Assembly: GCA_037442925.1 (NCBI GenBank)
Contig: JBBIPG010000022.1
Span: forward strand, 1-31,380
Source: Candidatus Fraserbacteria bacterium
GTDB lineage: Bacteria; Bipolaricaulota; Bipolaricaulia; RBG-16-55-9
Reading direction: 5' to 3'
Length of the DNA: 31,380 nt
Part shown: piece after piece, positions 7,698 through 16,651 of the stretch
Position numbering within the stretch: the stretch's first letter is position 1
Layout of the letters: each line of letters starts with the position of its first letter
Made by a program: the position numbers and the translations under genes
Notes under the pieces: generated by a model
What the model was told of the DNA's origin: nothing
The model's input: only the letters and a program-made list of their open reading frames with translations
The model's database searches: none

Positions 7698-8861
7698 TCA
7701 GTGAAGTGATTTCTCGTAGACGCGATAGACCTTCGTGACGTTGCCGCCAATGAGTTCAAGGGCACGGTTCATCGGGTGATTGTCTTCCAGCACCCAAGAA
7801 CACTCGCATGTCTTATACCGTGGCAGTGACAGGCCAGCGCGAAGCATCTCCAGATAGAGTAGCGCATCCACTCCGCGCTTGCGATACTGCCGCTTGATAC
7901 CCAACGTAATGACTCTCAAGCCATCGATGCGCTGTGCGTTCCAAAGGAGTTTTATGATTCCAAACGGGAGGAGTCGGCCCTTGATCGCACGGAGTGCCTG
8001 ATTGAAATCGGGTAAAGCCAAGCCGAACCCGATGGGTTCCGTCCCCAGCTCGACGATCTTGGCCAGCTGTGGGACCACGATTTGCTTCAACTGCTCGGCC
8101 TGAGCCATGAACTCTTTCTCTGTCAAGGGGACGAAACCCCAATTTCGTTCCCAGGCTTCGTTGTAGATCTCCATGAGCCGCCTCAGTTCGCCAGGGAAGT
8201 CTCTCAAGTCCGCATTTCGTATGGTGACCCCCAGACGGCGCGCCCGTTGGCTAATGGACTCCAGGCGGGGTTCGAGTTCCTTGATTCGCCTGCGAAATTC
8301 ATCATCGAGCAGCAGGGTGTACGCCCACAAGTCTTTCGCTTTCGCGAAGCCGCAGCCCTCGATCAACTCCGCGTAGTGAGGGGGATTATAGGGCATCATG
8401 AGAGCCGGCTGAGAGTGGAAGCCCTCGATGAGCAGACCGCTTTCTCCGTTGCTGTTGAAACTGAAAGGACCACGGATCTGGGCCATCCCGCGCGCTTTCA
8501 GCCAGTCTTCTGCTGCTCCCAAGAGCGTCTCGGCCACCTCTCTCTGAGGCGCGACTTCAAAGAAGCCAAAAAAGCCCGTACTCTCTCCATGGAACTCGTT
8601 GTGGAGTCTGTCGATGTGAGCGGAAATCCTCCCTACTGGTTTCCCTTCGTGAAGAGCGAGAAAGAGTTGCACCTCTGCGTGCTCGAAGAATGGGTTCCTA
8701 GAAGGATCGAAGCGCTTCTTCTCTTCCATGAGAAGCGGAGCCACCCAGCGGGGGTCTTCCCGATAGAGCTGCCACGGCAGGTGAATGAACTGCCGAAGCT
8801 CGTTCGGGCTCTGCACGGGAATGATCCTTACGTTCACGGAGATTCTTTCCTCACGGCGCAT
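7698..8861 (-). CDS. YghO-like GNAT N-acyltransferase
   Basis: GRISA, GFFGFFE, RGPF, MPYNPPHY, NWGFVPLT, SWVLEDN motifs. Confidence 0.8.
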   Translation of the reverse strand: MRREERISVNVRIIPVQSPNELRQFIHLPWQLYREDPRWVAPLLMEEKKRFDPSRNPFFEHAEVQLFLALHEGKPVGRISAHIDRLHNEFHGESTGFFGFFEVAPQREVAETLLGAAEDWLKARGMAQIRGPFSFNSNGESGLLIEGFHSQPALMMPYNPPHYAELIEGCGFAKAKDLWAYTLLLDDEFRRRIKELEPRLESISQRARRLGVTIRNADLRDFPGELRRLMEIYNEAWERNWGFVPLTEKEFMAQAEQLKQIVVPQLAKIVELGTEPIGFGLALPDFNQALRAIKGRLLPFGIIKLLWNAQRIDGLRVITLGIKRQYRKRGVDALLYLEMLRAGLSLPRYKTCECSWVLEDNHPMNRALELIGGNVTKVYRVYEKSLH

Positions 8862-8909
8862 GGTAGCAGAAGCTCCCCTTACAACTCAATCATGGTGCAC
8901 AGTTTGCGC

Positions 8910-9380
8910 TCAAAACAGCCGTAAGATTCCCAGGGTGCTGAGCGTGACGACCACTCCTGCAATGGCTACTCCTGCTCCAATCAACAGCAAAGCCTGCCGC
9001 AACGCAATCCCAAAGAGAAAGGCGATCAAGCAGCCTGTCCAGGCTCCCGTCATGGGTAGAGGTACAGCAACAAAAGCCACGAGAGCCACCGCTCCCCACC
9101 GCGCGTATGCACCGCTGAACCGGCGACGCGTGCGGGCAAAGAGCCAGTTCAGGATCTTCGCAGACACCCCCACCCGGCTGAGTAGCCTAAAGAGCATCTT
9201 AAGCGAAGGCAAGAGCAAAAACACAGGAATTAGATTCCCGATAACTCCCAAAAGATACGCCACGATGGGAGGCATCTGATAATGCACGAGTGCCAAGGGG
9301 ATGGCGCCGCGCAACTCACTGATCGGCAGTGCCGCGACCCCCATGACGATCAATGCGTTCGCAACAAAAGAGGAATCCAA
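8910..9380 (-). CDS. putative small multi-drug export-like membrane protein (COG2426-like)
   Basis: LPISELRGAIP and FVAVPLPMTGAWTG signatures; hydrophobic; start uncertain. Confidence 0.85.
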   Translation of the reverse strand: MDSSFVANALIVMGVAALPISELRGAIPLALVHYQMPPIVAYLLGVIGNLIPVFLLLPSLKMLFRLLSRVGVSAKILNWLFARTRRRFSGAYARWGAVALVAFVAVPLPMTGAWTGCLIAFLFGIALRQALLLIGAGVAIAGVVVTLSTLGILRLF

Positions 9381-9428
9381 GATGTTGCTATTATAAATGA
9401 GGCACTCGGGGAGCTACGAGCCGTGGCT

Positions 9429-9815
9429 TCACCCTTCCACGAGCTCGATCAATACGCCTCCGAAGCTCTTTGGATGTAGAAATGCCACTCGATGCCCCCC
9501 AAAGCCTGTGCGAGGCTTCTCATCAAGCAACTGTACCCCCTGAGCTTTGAGTGTTGAGAGCGCTTGATCGAGGTCTTCCACAGCGAACGCAAGATGATGA
9601 AGCCCTTCACCTCGTCTCTCCAAGAACTTCTGAATGGGACCCTCACCCAAGGGTTGAAGGAATTCGAGCTTGACCTCACCGGCAGGAATCATGCTGATGG
9701 CCACTTGGAACTCTTCCACGATCCCGCGTTCCGTCTCTTTGAGCCCCAATGCCCGAAAGCGCTCTACAGCCTCTTCGAGTTCTTTGATGGCAATGCCTAT
9801 GTGATGCAGTTTCAT
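9429..9815 (-). CDS. mce: methylmalonyl-CoA epimerase
   Basis: HHIGIA, GEGLHHLAF, FLHPKSFGGVLIEL; overlaps the mutase stop. Confidence 0.93.
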   Translation of the reverse strand: MKLHHIGIAIKELEEAVERFRALGLKETERGIVEEFQVAISMIPAGEVKLEFLQPLGEGPIQKFLERRGEGLHHLAFAVEDLDQALSTLKAQGVQLLDEKPRTGFGGHRVAFLHPKSFGGVLIELVEG

Positions 9816-11407
9816 AGTGTCATCGGCTCGCGGTACGTCCCAAACTCTCCCCGAAAGACATCACAGATTTCCCCCACTGTGGCATACGCCCGTACCGCTT
9901 CCAGAATATAGGGCAGCAAGTTTTCCTTTGTTTGGGCCACGTCTTGCAACTGTTGCAGAGATCGTTGCACGCGAGCTGCATCCCGCTTCTTCTTCAGTTC
10001 TTTGAGTTTCGTACTCTGGCGCTCTCGCACTCCTGATGGGACTCTTGCGATCACGGGTGGCGAAGCCTCACGCGTGGCAAAACGATTCACTCCCACAATC
10101 AGGCGCTCTTCGGCTTCGATCTCTCTTTGTTTGCGATAGGCGCTCTCCTCGATCTCCCGCTGGACGTAGCCCATCTCGATGGCACGAGGCATCCCGCCCA
10201 TCTTGTCCATTCGTTGAAGGTATCGCTCTGCCTTCCGTTCGAGTTCATCTGTCAGCCATTCGAGATAGTACGAGCCACCCAATGGATCGATTGTGTCCGC
10301 CACGCCAGACTCTTCCGCTATGATCTGTTGGGTCCTCAAGGCAACCAGCACCGCTTGCGCGCTGGGCAATGCCAACGCTTCGTCGTACGAATTGGTGTGA
10401 AGAGATTGTGTTCCCCCTAGCACGGCCGCCAGTGCCTCGAGCGTTGTACGCACGATGTTGTTCATCGGCTGCTGGGCTGTGAGCGTGGAGCCTGCGGTCT
10501 GGGTATGAAAGCGCAGCAGGAGTGATTCTTTCTTCTTCGCCCCAAAGCGCTCTTTCATAATCCGGGCCCACAATCGGCGGGCAGCCCGGAACTTGGCGAT
10601 CTCCTCGAAGAAGTGGCGATCACACGAGAAGAAGAACGAGAGTCGGGAGGCAAACGCATCCACGTTCACGCCGCGTTGCAAGACGGCCTCGATATAAGCT
10701 ATGGCGTTGGCGAAGGTGAAGGCGATCTCTTGAACCGCTGTGGCCCCGGCCTCCCTCATGTGATAGCCGCTCACGGAGATGGGGTTCCACCGCGGCAGGT
10801 GCTCGGCACAATACAAGATCGTGTCCGTGGCCAGTCTCAGGGAGAAATCCGGCGGGAAGATGTACGTCTTGCGCGCGATGTATTCTTTGAGAATGTCATT
10901 CTGCACCGTGCCCGATAATTGCTCGGGCGGTATACCCTGCTCTTCTGCCAGAGCGATGTACATGGCCAGAAGAATCGCCGCGGGGGAGTTGATCGTCATC
11001 GAGGTCGAAATCTTCTCTAGGGGAATGCCCGCAAATAAACGCTCCATGTCGGCGAGCGAGGAGATGGCAACCCCAGCTTTGCCCACTTCCCCTTCAGCCA
11101 GGGGGTGATCGGAGTCATAGCCCATCTGAGTGGGCAGATCAAACGCCACCGAGAGTCCCATCTGACCTTGCGAGATGAGGTAGCGATAGCGTTCGTTCGT
11201 CTCTTCGGCCGTGCCGAACCCAGCATATTGGCGCATCGTCCAGAGTCGGCCCCGGTACATGGTAGGGTAGATGCCGCGCGCGAAGGGATACTCGCCCGGA
11301 AGACCCAGCCGGGCTGGCTCATCGCACTCTGAAAGATCTTCTGGGCTGTAGTAGGGCCTAAGTTCGATCTGCGAATCCGTGGTGAAGCTCTTCTTCCGCT
11401 CACTCAT
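9812..11407 (-). CDS. methylmalonyl-CoA mutase, substrate-binding subunit (no B12-binding domain)
   Basis: WTMRQYAGFG, QNDILKEYIAR, ISVSGYHMREAG, GGTQSLHTNSYDEA; Tyr/Arg specificity residues of MCM rather than isobutyryl-CoA mutase; 531 aa. Confidence 0.95.
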   Translation of the reverse strand: MSERKKSFTTDSQIELRPYYSPEDLSECDEPARLGLPGEYPFARGIYPTMYRGRLWTMRQYAGFGTAEETNERYRYLISQGQMGLSVAFDLPTQMGYDSDHPLAEGEVGKAGVAISSLADMERLFAGIPLEKISTSMTINSPAAILLAMYIALAEEQGIPPEQLSGTVQNDILKEYIARKTYIFPPDFSLRLATDTILYCAEHLPRWNPISVSGYHMREAGATAVQEIAFTFANAIAYIEAVLQRGVNVDAFASRLSFFFSCDRHFFEEIAKFRAARRLWARIMKERFGAKKKESLLLRFHTQTAGSTLTAQQPMNNIVRTTLEALAAVLGGTQSLHTNSYDEALALPSAQAVLVALRTQQIIAEESGVADTIDPLGGSYYLEWLTDELERKAERYLQRMDKMGGMPRAIEMGYVQREIEESAYRKQREIEAEERLIVGVNRFATREASPPVIARVPSGVRERQSTKLKELKKKRDAARVQRSLQQLQDVAQTKENLLPYILEAVRAYATVGEICDVFRGEFGTYREPMTL

Positions 11408-11940
11408 TACGAAGACACCTCCGCGTGATCCGGGCGGATCACGCAAAGAAGCTGACCACGGCTCACTTCGCGCCCCGCATCCACAGCAATCTTCTCGATG
11501 GTGCCATCGCAAGGAGCGCGTATTTCGTTCTCCATCTTCATGGCCTCCATCACGAGAAGGCCATCTCCCTTCCTCACCCTCTGGCCCTCTTCCACCTCGA
11601 CTTTGACAATCAACCCCGGCATGTACGCGGCCACTATCTCCTCATCCGCCTTCGCCATGGAATGCTGCCGCAGGTGCTGCCGGAGCCTCTGCACGGAAGA
11701 GAGAGCCAGATCCACGGGATACGCCTGGCCATGCCAGTGAATGACATAGCCTGTTCCTTGCCCGGTCAACCAGAGGGGGACCCTTCGATGGCCGTACATG
11801 AGCGTATGAAACCCGCTGGTCGAGTGCTGATGGAGCTCGACAGGCACCCTCTTCGCGCCCACGCTGGCCCAGATCTTCCCCTCCTGGTACACAAGCTCTA
11901 CCTCGATGGATCTCCCAGCGACATTCACAGTGTACCTCAT
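11407..11940 (-). CDS. biotin carboxyl carrier protein
   Basis: MPGLIVKV..EAMKMENEI biotinylation motif; start/stop overlaps with both neighbours. Confidence 0.92.
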   Translation of the reverse strand: MRYTVNVAGRSIEVELVYQEGKIWASVGAKRVPVELHQHSTSGFHTLMYGHRRVPLWLTGQGTGYVIHWHGQAYPVDLALSSVQRLRQHLRQHSMAKADEEIVAAYMPGLIVKVEVEEGQRVRKGDGLLVMEAMKMENEIRAPCDGTIEKIAVDAGREVSRGQLLCVIRPDHAEVSS

Positions 11941-13436
11941 GAAGTCCACTTCCAGCGTTCTTCCTGTTCTCTGGCTGTCAAGCCCTGTGAAGACATCAAT
12001 TCCCGCATCTGTGCGGCACGTTTGAGGGCGGCGGCCACAGCCAGCATCTCGACCTGTTCGGGTGAGATCCCACACAATAACAACCGGCTTACAAAACCTG
12101 TCGTGTAGCTTCCGCTCTGGAATTCATCGCTGGAAAGGGCCTGGAGATGAAAACCGACTGTGGTTGTGATCCCAGCGATGAGCGTCTCTTGAAGAGCGCT
12201 ACGCATGCGCAGAAGAGCACTGGGTCGGTCTCGATGCCAGACGATTACCTTCATAAGCAGAGGATCATAATGAGGGCTGATCAAGTCCCCACGCGCGATC
12301 CCGCTATCTACTCGCACTCCCGGGCCCGAGGGCAACACCAATTCCTCGATCTGACCCGTGGAAGGCAGGAAGTCTCGCTCGAAGTCCTCTGCATAGATGC
12401 GGCATTCCAGAGCTGCCCCCCGAGGGTGGATCTCTCGTTGGCTGAAGGCCAGCTTCTCACCCGATGCAATTCGGATCTGCTCCTGGACGAGATCAACCCC
12501 TGTGGTCATCTCGGTGATGGGGTGTTCTACTTGGATGCGCGTGTTCATCTCCAAGAAGTAATAGCGTTCTTCGTCCGCATCGTAGATGAACTCGACTGTG
12601 CCCGCACTACGATAGTCGCAAGCTTGGGCAATAGAGACGGCTGCCTCTCCCATTTCCTCTCGCAGCCTGTCGCCCAGCAGCGGAGCGGGAGTCTCCTCAA
12701 TGAGCTTTTGATACCGCCGCTGCACAGAGCATTCTCGCTCGTAAAGATGTATGACATTGCCGCGACCGTCTCCGAGCACTTGCACTTCGATATGCTTGGC
12801 GTTGGGAATGAATCGTTCGAGATAGACCGAAGGATCACCGAAGCTCTTCTGCACTTCCGACATGCTGCGCTCAAAGGAGTCTTTCAGTTCGCTCTCGCTT
12901 GATACGAGCCGCATGCCCTTGCCGCCTCCACCGGCAGCCGCCTTGATCAAAAGAGGGTAGCCGATCTCTTTGGCCGCTTTCTTGGCTTCCTGGAGGGTAG
13001 CGATCTTCTCGTAGACACCGGGTACGGTAGGCACACCCTGATGTCTGGCGGTTTGGCGAGCGGCGAGCTTGTCGCCCATAAGGCGCATCGCCTGTGGCTG
13101 TGGACCGATGAAGATCAGATCATTCTTCTCGACAAGCTCGGCGAAATCCGCGTTTTCGGCCAAGAACCCATAGCCGGGGTGAACGGCATCGCACTCTGCC
13201 CGTTTGGCGATCTCTATGAGCTTGTCTGCGTTCAAGTAGCTTTCCGAAGCAGGGGGCGGTCCGAGATAGTGTGCTTCATCTGCAAGACGAGTGTGAAGTG
13301 CCCATGGATCGGCTTCGGAATACACGGCTGCTGTTTCTATGCCGAGCTCGCGGCAAGCCCGAATGATTCTCACCGCGATCTCGCCGCGATTGGCGATGAG
13401 AACTTTTCTAATGGGCGCACGAGTTCTTTTCGTCAC
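11937..13436 (-). CDS. accC: biotin carboxylase subunit of an acyl-CoA (probably propionyl-CoA) carboxylase
   Basis: KVLIANRGEIA, HPGYGFLAEN, GGGGKGMR, FLEMNTRIQVEHP. Confidence 0.95.
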   Translation of the reverse strand: MTKRTRAPIRKVLIANRGEIAVRIIRACRELGIETAAVYSEADPWALHTRLADEAHYLGPPPASESYLNADKLIEIAKRAECDAVHPGYGFLAENADFAELVEKNDLIFIGPQPQAMRLMGDKLAARQTARHQGVPTVPGVYEKIATLQEAKKAAKEIGYPLLIKAAAGGGGKGMRLVSSESELKDSFERSMSEVQKSFGDPSVYLERFIPNAKHIEVQVLGDGRGNVIHLYERECSVQRRYQKLIEETPAPLLGDRLREEMGEAAVSIAQACDYRSAGTVEFIYDADEERYYFLEMNTRIQVEHPITEMTTGVDLVQEQIRIASGEKLAFSQREIHPRGAALECRIYAEDFERDFLPSTGQIEELVLPSGPGVRVDSGIARGDLISPHYDPLLMKVIVWHRDRPSALLRMRSALQETLIAGITTTVGFHLQALSSDEFQSGSYTTGFVSRLLLCGISPEQVEMLAVAAALKRAAQMRELMSSQGLTAREQEERWKWTS

Positions 13437-13479
13437 GCACCCATTCTAATCTCCGCTTTTGCCGGGTACAAGAATCGGC

Positions 13480-13546
13480 CAACGGATAGTCAGCGGGCAA
13501 TTCGGCCATTGACAGAGAGCTGCAACCTGATAAACTGATGATCAGT
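13480..13546 (+). promoter_or_regulatory. degenerate repeat remnant, promoter and operator upstream of second AbrB gene
   Basis: CAACGGATAGTCAGCGG matches the reverse complement of the 1170-1201 arm at 15/17; TTGACA (13509)-16 bp-TAAACT with extended TG; palindrome ACTGA-N3-TCAGT at 13534-13546. Confidence 0.6.
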
Positions 13547-13583
13547 ACATGGCGCTTTCAATACTCCTCACAGGGAGGAACGT

Positions 13584-13877
13584 ATGCCTATAGTCAAGGT
13601 GATGAAGCACCGGCAGGTCGCTATCCCGAAAGAGCTCTTTGAGAAACTCAAACTCGAAGTGGGCGACTACCTCGAGGTGAAGATTGAGAAGGGCAAGCTC
13701 GTGTATGTGCCTAAAGAGTTGGTTGACCGTCAGGCAGCACAGGCGATTGAGGAGGCGTTCGAGGACATCAAGGCGGGGAGAGTAGCGGGACCTTTCAAGT
13801 CGGCAGAAGAACTGATTGAATCTCTAAGAAAACCAAGGGGTGGGCGAGTACCTGTCGCGGCTGCACCGCTATTTTAA
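13584..13877 (+). CDS. AbrB/MazE/SpoVT-family protein, orphan antitoxin-like
   Basis: HRQVAIPKELFEKLKLEVGDYLEV; C-terminal EDIKAGRVAGPFKSAEELI antitoxin-like tail; GGAGG SD. Confidence 0.85.
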   Translation: MPIVKVMKHRQVAIPKELFEKLKLEVGDYLEVKIEKGKLVYVPKELVDRQAAQAIEEAFEDIKAGRVAGPFKSAEELIESLRKPRGGRVPVAAAPLF

Positions 13878-14306
13878 CACGCGCAAACTCAAACGGTAGT
13901 CCTCACGTCGTATTGGTTGAGTGGATCTGGGTTGTGGCATCAGGCCCTCAAAGCGAATCTGATAACCTTCGTAGGTGACCTCCCGAGGCTCTACATTGGA
14001 GTTGAGAGTCAAGATTTGCGCGGCTCTATTCTCTTGCTTGACTTCGAGGGAGACTTTCGCGTTGCCTGCCCAAACGCAGACCACATCAACGGGGCAACGT
14101 GAGTCCTCTAAGACCTCTTTGGACGTGATGAAAAGACCGACACTAGATAATCGCCCTGTTTGCCCAATGGAAATCTGAAAGACTTGGCCTAGCTGAACAT
14201 CCACAGTAGGCAACGGAAACAATCCCAAGAGGTCGCAACTCCCTGAGGGTAAGAGCGCCAACATAAACAGACCGAGCGCAACGAAGCGGTGATTCGAGTT
14301 CAGCAC
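13869..14306 (-). CDS. exported or lipoprotein-like hypothetical protein
   Basis: hydrophobic leader ending in SGSC; EDSRCP..VCVWAG motif; GAGGAGG SD. Confidence 0.75.
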   Translation of the reverse strand: MLNSNHRFVALGLFMLALLPSGSCDLLGLFPLPTVDVQLGQVFQISIGQTGRLSSVGLFITSKEVLEDSRCPVDVVCVWAGNAKVSLEVKQENRAAQILTLNSNVEPREVTYEGYQIRFEGLMPQPRSTQPIRREDYRLSLRVLK

Positions 14307-14321
14307 ATGATCCTCCTCTAT

Positions 14322-14906
14322 TTAAAGTCCCAGTTGATCCGAGATCCCTTGCATGGCCGAAAGCACTGTCTGAATGTGATCGTCAAGCGGAACGCCCAGC
14401 TCTTGAGCGCCTCGTTCGATGTCCTCGCGGTTCACCCCACGTGCAAAAGACTTATCACTCCATTTCTTTTTGACAGAATCCACCGTGACTTCGGCCAATC
14501 TCTTCGAGGGCCTCACCAGTGCGACTGCCACGATCAAACCTGTCAGCTCATCACAAGCATAGAGGGCTTTGGCCATCAGCGACTGCCGAGGCACACCACA
14601 ATAGTCCGCGTGGCCTAAGATCGCCTGGCAGATGTCATCTGAGTAGCCCTTGCCCCGTAAGAGTTCCACTCCCCAGCAAGGGTGTCCCTGCGTGGGATGA
14701 TGCTCGGAATTGGGGTACTTCTCGTAATCAAAATCGTGCAAGAGCCCGGTGATGGCCCATTGCTCTTCGTCACCGTTGAATTTGCGCGCGTAGGCCCGCA
14801 TGGCCGCTTCCACAGCCAGCATGTGCTTGATGAGATTTTGATTCTTCGTGTGCTCTTCCACGAGCTTGAGGGCTTCCGCTCGATTCACAGCATCCGCCTC
14901 CTTCAT
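14322..14906 (-). CDS. HD-superfamily hydrolase
   Basis: HMLAV, LLHDFDYE, CDELTG, KSFARGVNR motifs. Confidence 0.9.
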   Translation of the reverse strand: MKEADAVNRAEALKLVEEHTKNQNLIKHMLAVEAAMRAYARKFNGDEEQWAITGLLHDFDYEKYPNSEHHPTQGHPCWGVELLRGKGYSDDICQAILGHADYCGVPRQSLMAKALYACDELTGLIVAVALVRPSKRLAEVTVDSVKKKWSDKSFARGVNREDIERGAQELGVPLDDHIQTVLSAMQGISDQLGL

Positions 14907-15925
14907 AAATCTAGGGCTTTCTGCCCCTGAAATTCTACGCGTGGGTGGGCTGCGGCTTTGCTGGCAAGATGGGCTCGGTGGATGGGCTCCGGCAGCCGTT
15001 GATGGGAAAGCTGCAGCACCAGCTTGACGGCTGTATCGAGATCTATGCCGTGGCCAATAGAGACGAAGACGGGATCTGCCCGTTCGCGAGTCTTCACGGC
15101 CGCTCCGATCGTCTCATTGTTCTTCGGATCGATCACCCAGCGCACCTCTTTCGGGTTCATATTCTTAAGATCCACTTTTCCATAAAGCAGCGATTTCGTG
15201 ACCCCAACGGTGGGCACATCAAGCAATACGCCCAAATGAGATGCAATCCCCACATGTCGCGGGTGCAAGATCCCACTCCCGTCGACCAGGATGACGTCCG
15301 CCAGTTTCTTCGTAGATTGAAGATGTTCCAGAAGAGGCAGCAACACCGGCAGCTCTCGAAAGGCAAGATAACTCGGAATGTAGGGAAATGAAACATCTAC
15401 TCGCATGCTTTCACTCATCAAGAGTCTTTCGCTGGCGAGATCCATGCCGATGTACGCTCCGACTCCTACCCACGGACCATCATATGAGAGGTCCACGCCC
15501 CCCACAGTTTGATACTCGCGCCGAAGAGGTTCCCGAGCCACGCGCTCCGAAAGTTCCTCTTGGAGTTTTCTCAACCGGCTGAGTGGCTTACTCGTCTCGA
15601 ACTGATAGAACACGTATTCCTCAAAGTTCTCGATGCAGCCGTTCTGGATAGGGATGCCGTCCGCTTGGAGTTTGGCGATCTTAGCTGCTGTGCCACCGGG
15701 TGCGCTGTATTCACCTACCCGCCCGTCGCTATGGACCACCTTGTAGCAGGGATAGATGTCCGGCTGTTCATTGTCGGCCATGATCTGTCCGACGGCTCGG
15801 ACGGCGATGGCATCGCCTAGAGCCAGAGCGAGCGCCCGATAGGTCGTGACTTTGCCCTGGGGGATCTGCAGGAGCAGTTCCAGGGTGAACTTCTTAAGGT
15901 TCGGGACATCGAGCGTGATTGTCAT
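14903..15925 (-). CDS. O6-alkylguanine alkyltransferase-like domain fused to endonuclease V
   Basis: N-terminus IPQGKVTTY..RAVG..PCYKVV; C-terminus GGVDLSY, FPYIPSYLAFRE, VDGSGILHPR..GIASHLG, GVTKS. Confidence 0.92.
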   Translation of the reverse strand: MTITLDVPNLKKFTLELLLQIPQGKVTTYRALALALGDAIAVRAVGQIMADNEQPDIYPCYKVVHSDGRVGEYSAPGGTAAKIAKLQADGIPIQNGCIENFEEYVFYQFETSKPLSRLRKLQEELSERVAREPLRREYQTVGGVDLSYDGPWVGVGAYIGMDLASERLLMSESMRVDVSFPYIPSYLAFRELPVLLPLLEHLQSTKKLADVILVDGSGILHPRHVGIASHLGVLLDVPTVGVTKSLLYGKVDLKNMNPKEVRWVIDPKNNETIGAAVKTRERADPVFVSIGHGIDLDTAVKLVLQLSHQRLPEPIHRAHLASKAAAHPRVEFQGQKALDL

Positions 15926-16009
15926 CTCTTGATCTGGATCATTTTAGGGGGAGTTGCTCTGGAGGGTCAAGCAGGGGTGGGCTATGATTGGGTCGGAGGT
16001 GATGAAACG

Positions 16010-16234
16010 ATGCCCTTGGCCAAACTTCCCGAGAGAACGATTGTGACGACACTCAGTTGCCCTCGCTGTGAAGGAGTAGGTCGGCTCTTCCGCAAGAGTC
16101 GTGAGGAAGTTCCTCTGAAGCTCGACGGCGCTTCTCGTGCCGAGTACTTCTATACTCTACGTTGCTCACAGTGTGGAGACATTGAGCTGTGGGGTGTGGT
16201 GGGTGATCGATCATCGGCAAAGCAAGCCGCTTGA
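16010..16234 (+). CDS. small putative zinc-ribbon protein
   Basis: CPRC and CSQC pairs; GGAGGTGA SD before ATG 16010. Confidence 0.65.
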   Translation: MPLAKLPERTIVTTLSCPRCEGVGRLFRKSREEVPLKLDGASRAEYFYTLRCSQCGDIELWGVVGDRSSAKQAA

Positions 16235-16236
16235 TC

Positions 16237-16265
16237 TTGACTTTCTCACGCTAATGCCCTATAAT
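16237..16265 (+). promoter_or_regulatory. sigma70 promoter of HU gene
   Basis: TTGACT-17 bp-TATAAT. Confidence 0.8.
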
Positions 16266-16301
16266 TCGCAATAATCTCTAGAGAGGGAAGGAGGGAGAGG
16301 G

Positions 16302-16580
16302 ATGAACAAGGCCGAATTCATCGAGCAGCTTTCCAGGAGGACGAAGCTCAGCAAGAAGGAGGCTCGTACCGCTCTGGACTCGGCGATTGATCTGATCGTG
16401 AGCTGCTGTGCCAGCAAGGACAAGGTGACGTTTACGGGCTTTGGCACCTTCGAGCCCCGGCAGCAGAAGAGCACGACCCGGGTCAATCCGCAAACGGGAC
16501 GGCCCATGACGGTTCCGGCGAAGATGGTCCCCAAGTTCCGACCGGGGAAGTCCTTCAAGGAAGCGTTGATGCGGCGCTAG
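16302..16580 (+). CDS. hup: DNA-binding protein HU
   Basis: MNKAEFI, GFGTF, RVNPQTG, PKFRPGKSFK. Confidence 0.95.
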   Translation: MNKAEFIEQLSRRTKLSKKEARTALDSAIDLIVSCCASKDKVTFTGFGTFEPRQQKSTTRVNPQTGRPMTVPAKMVPKFRPGKSFKEALMRR

Positions 16581-16608
16581 CGGGTCTCGTGACGTAATGG
16601 GCGATTTG

Positions 16609-16651
16609 GCTGGAGCGTCGGACAATGGACCGGCGCTCCAGCATTTGTTTT
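16609..16651 (+). terminator. intrinsic terminator after hup
   Basis: 13-bp stem GCTGGAGCGTCGG/CCGGCGCTCCAGC followed by ATTTGTTTT. Confidence 0.8.

Noticed and set aside
9812..11407. Isobutyryl-CoA mutase assignment
   Set aside because: Has Tyr in RQYAG and Arg in EYIAR, the methylmalonyl-CoA-specific residues.
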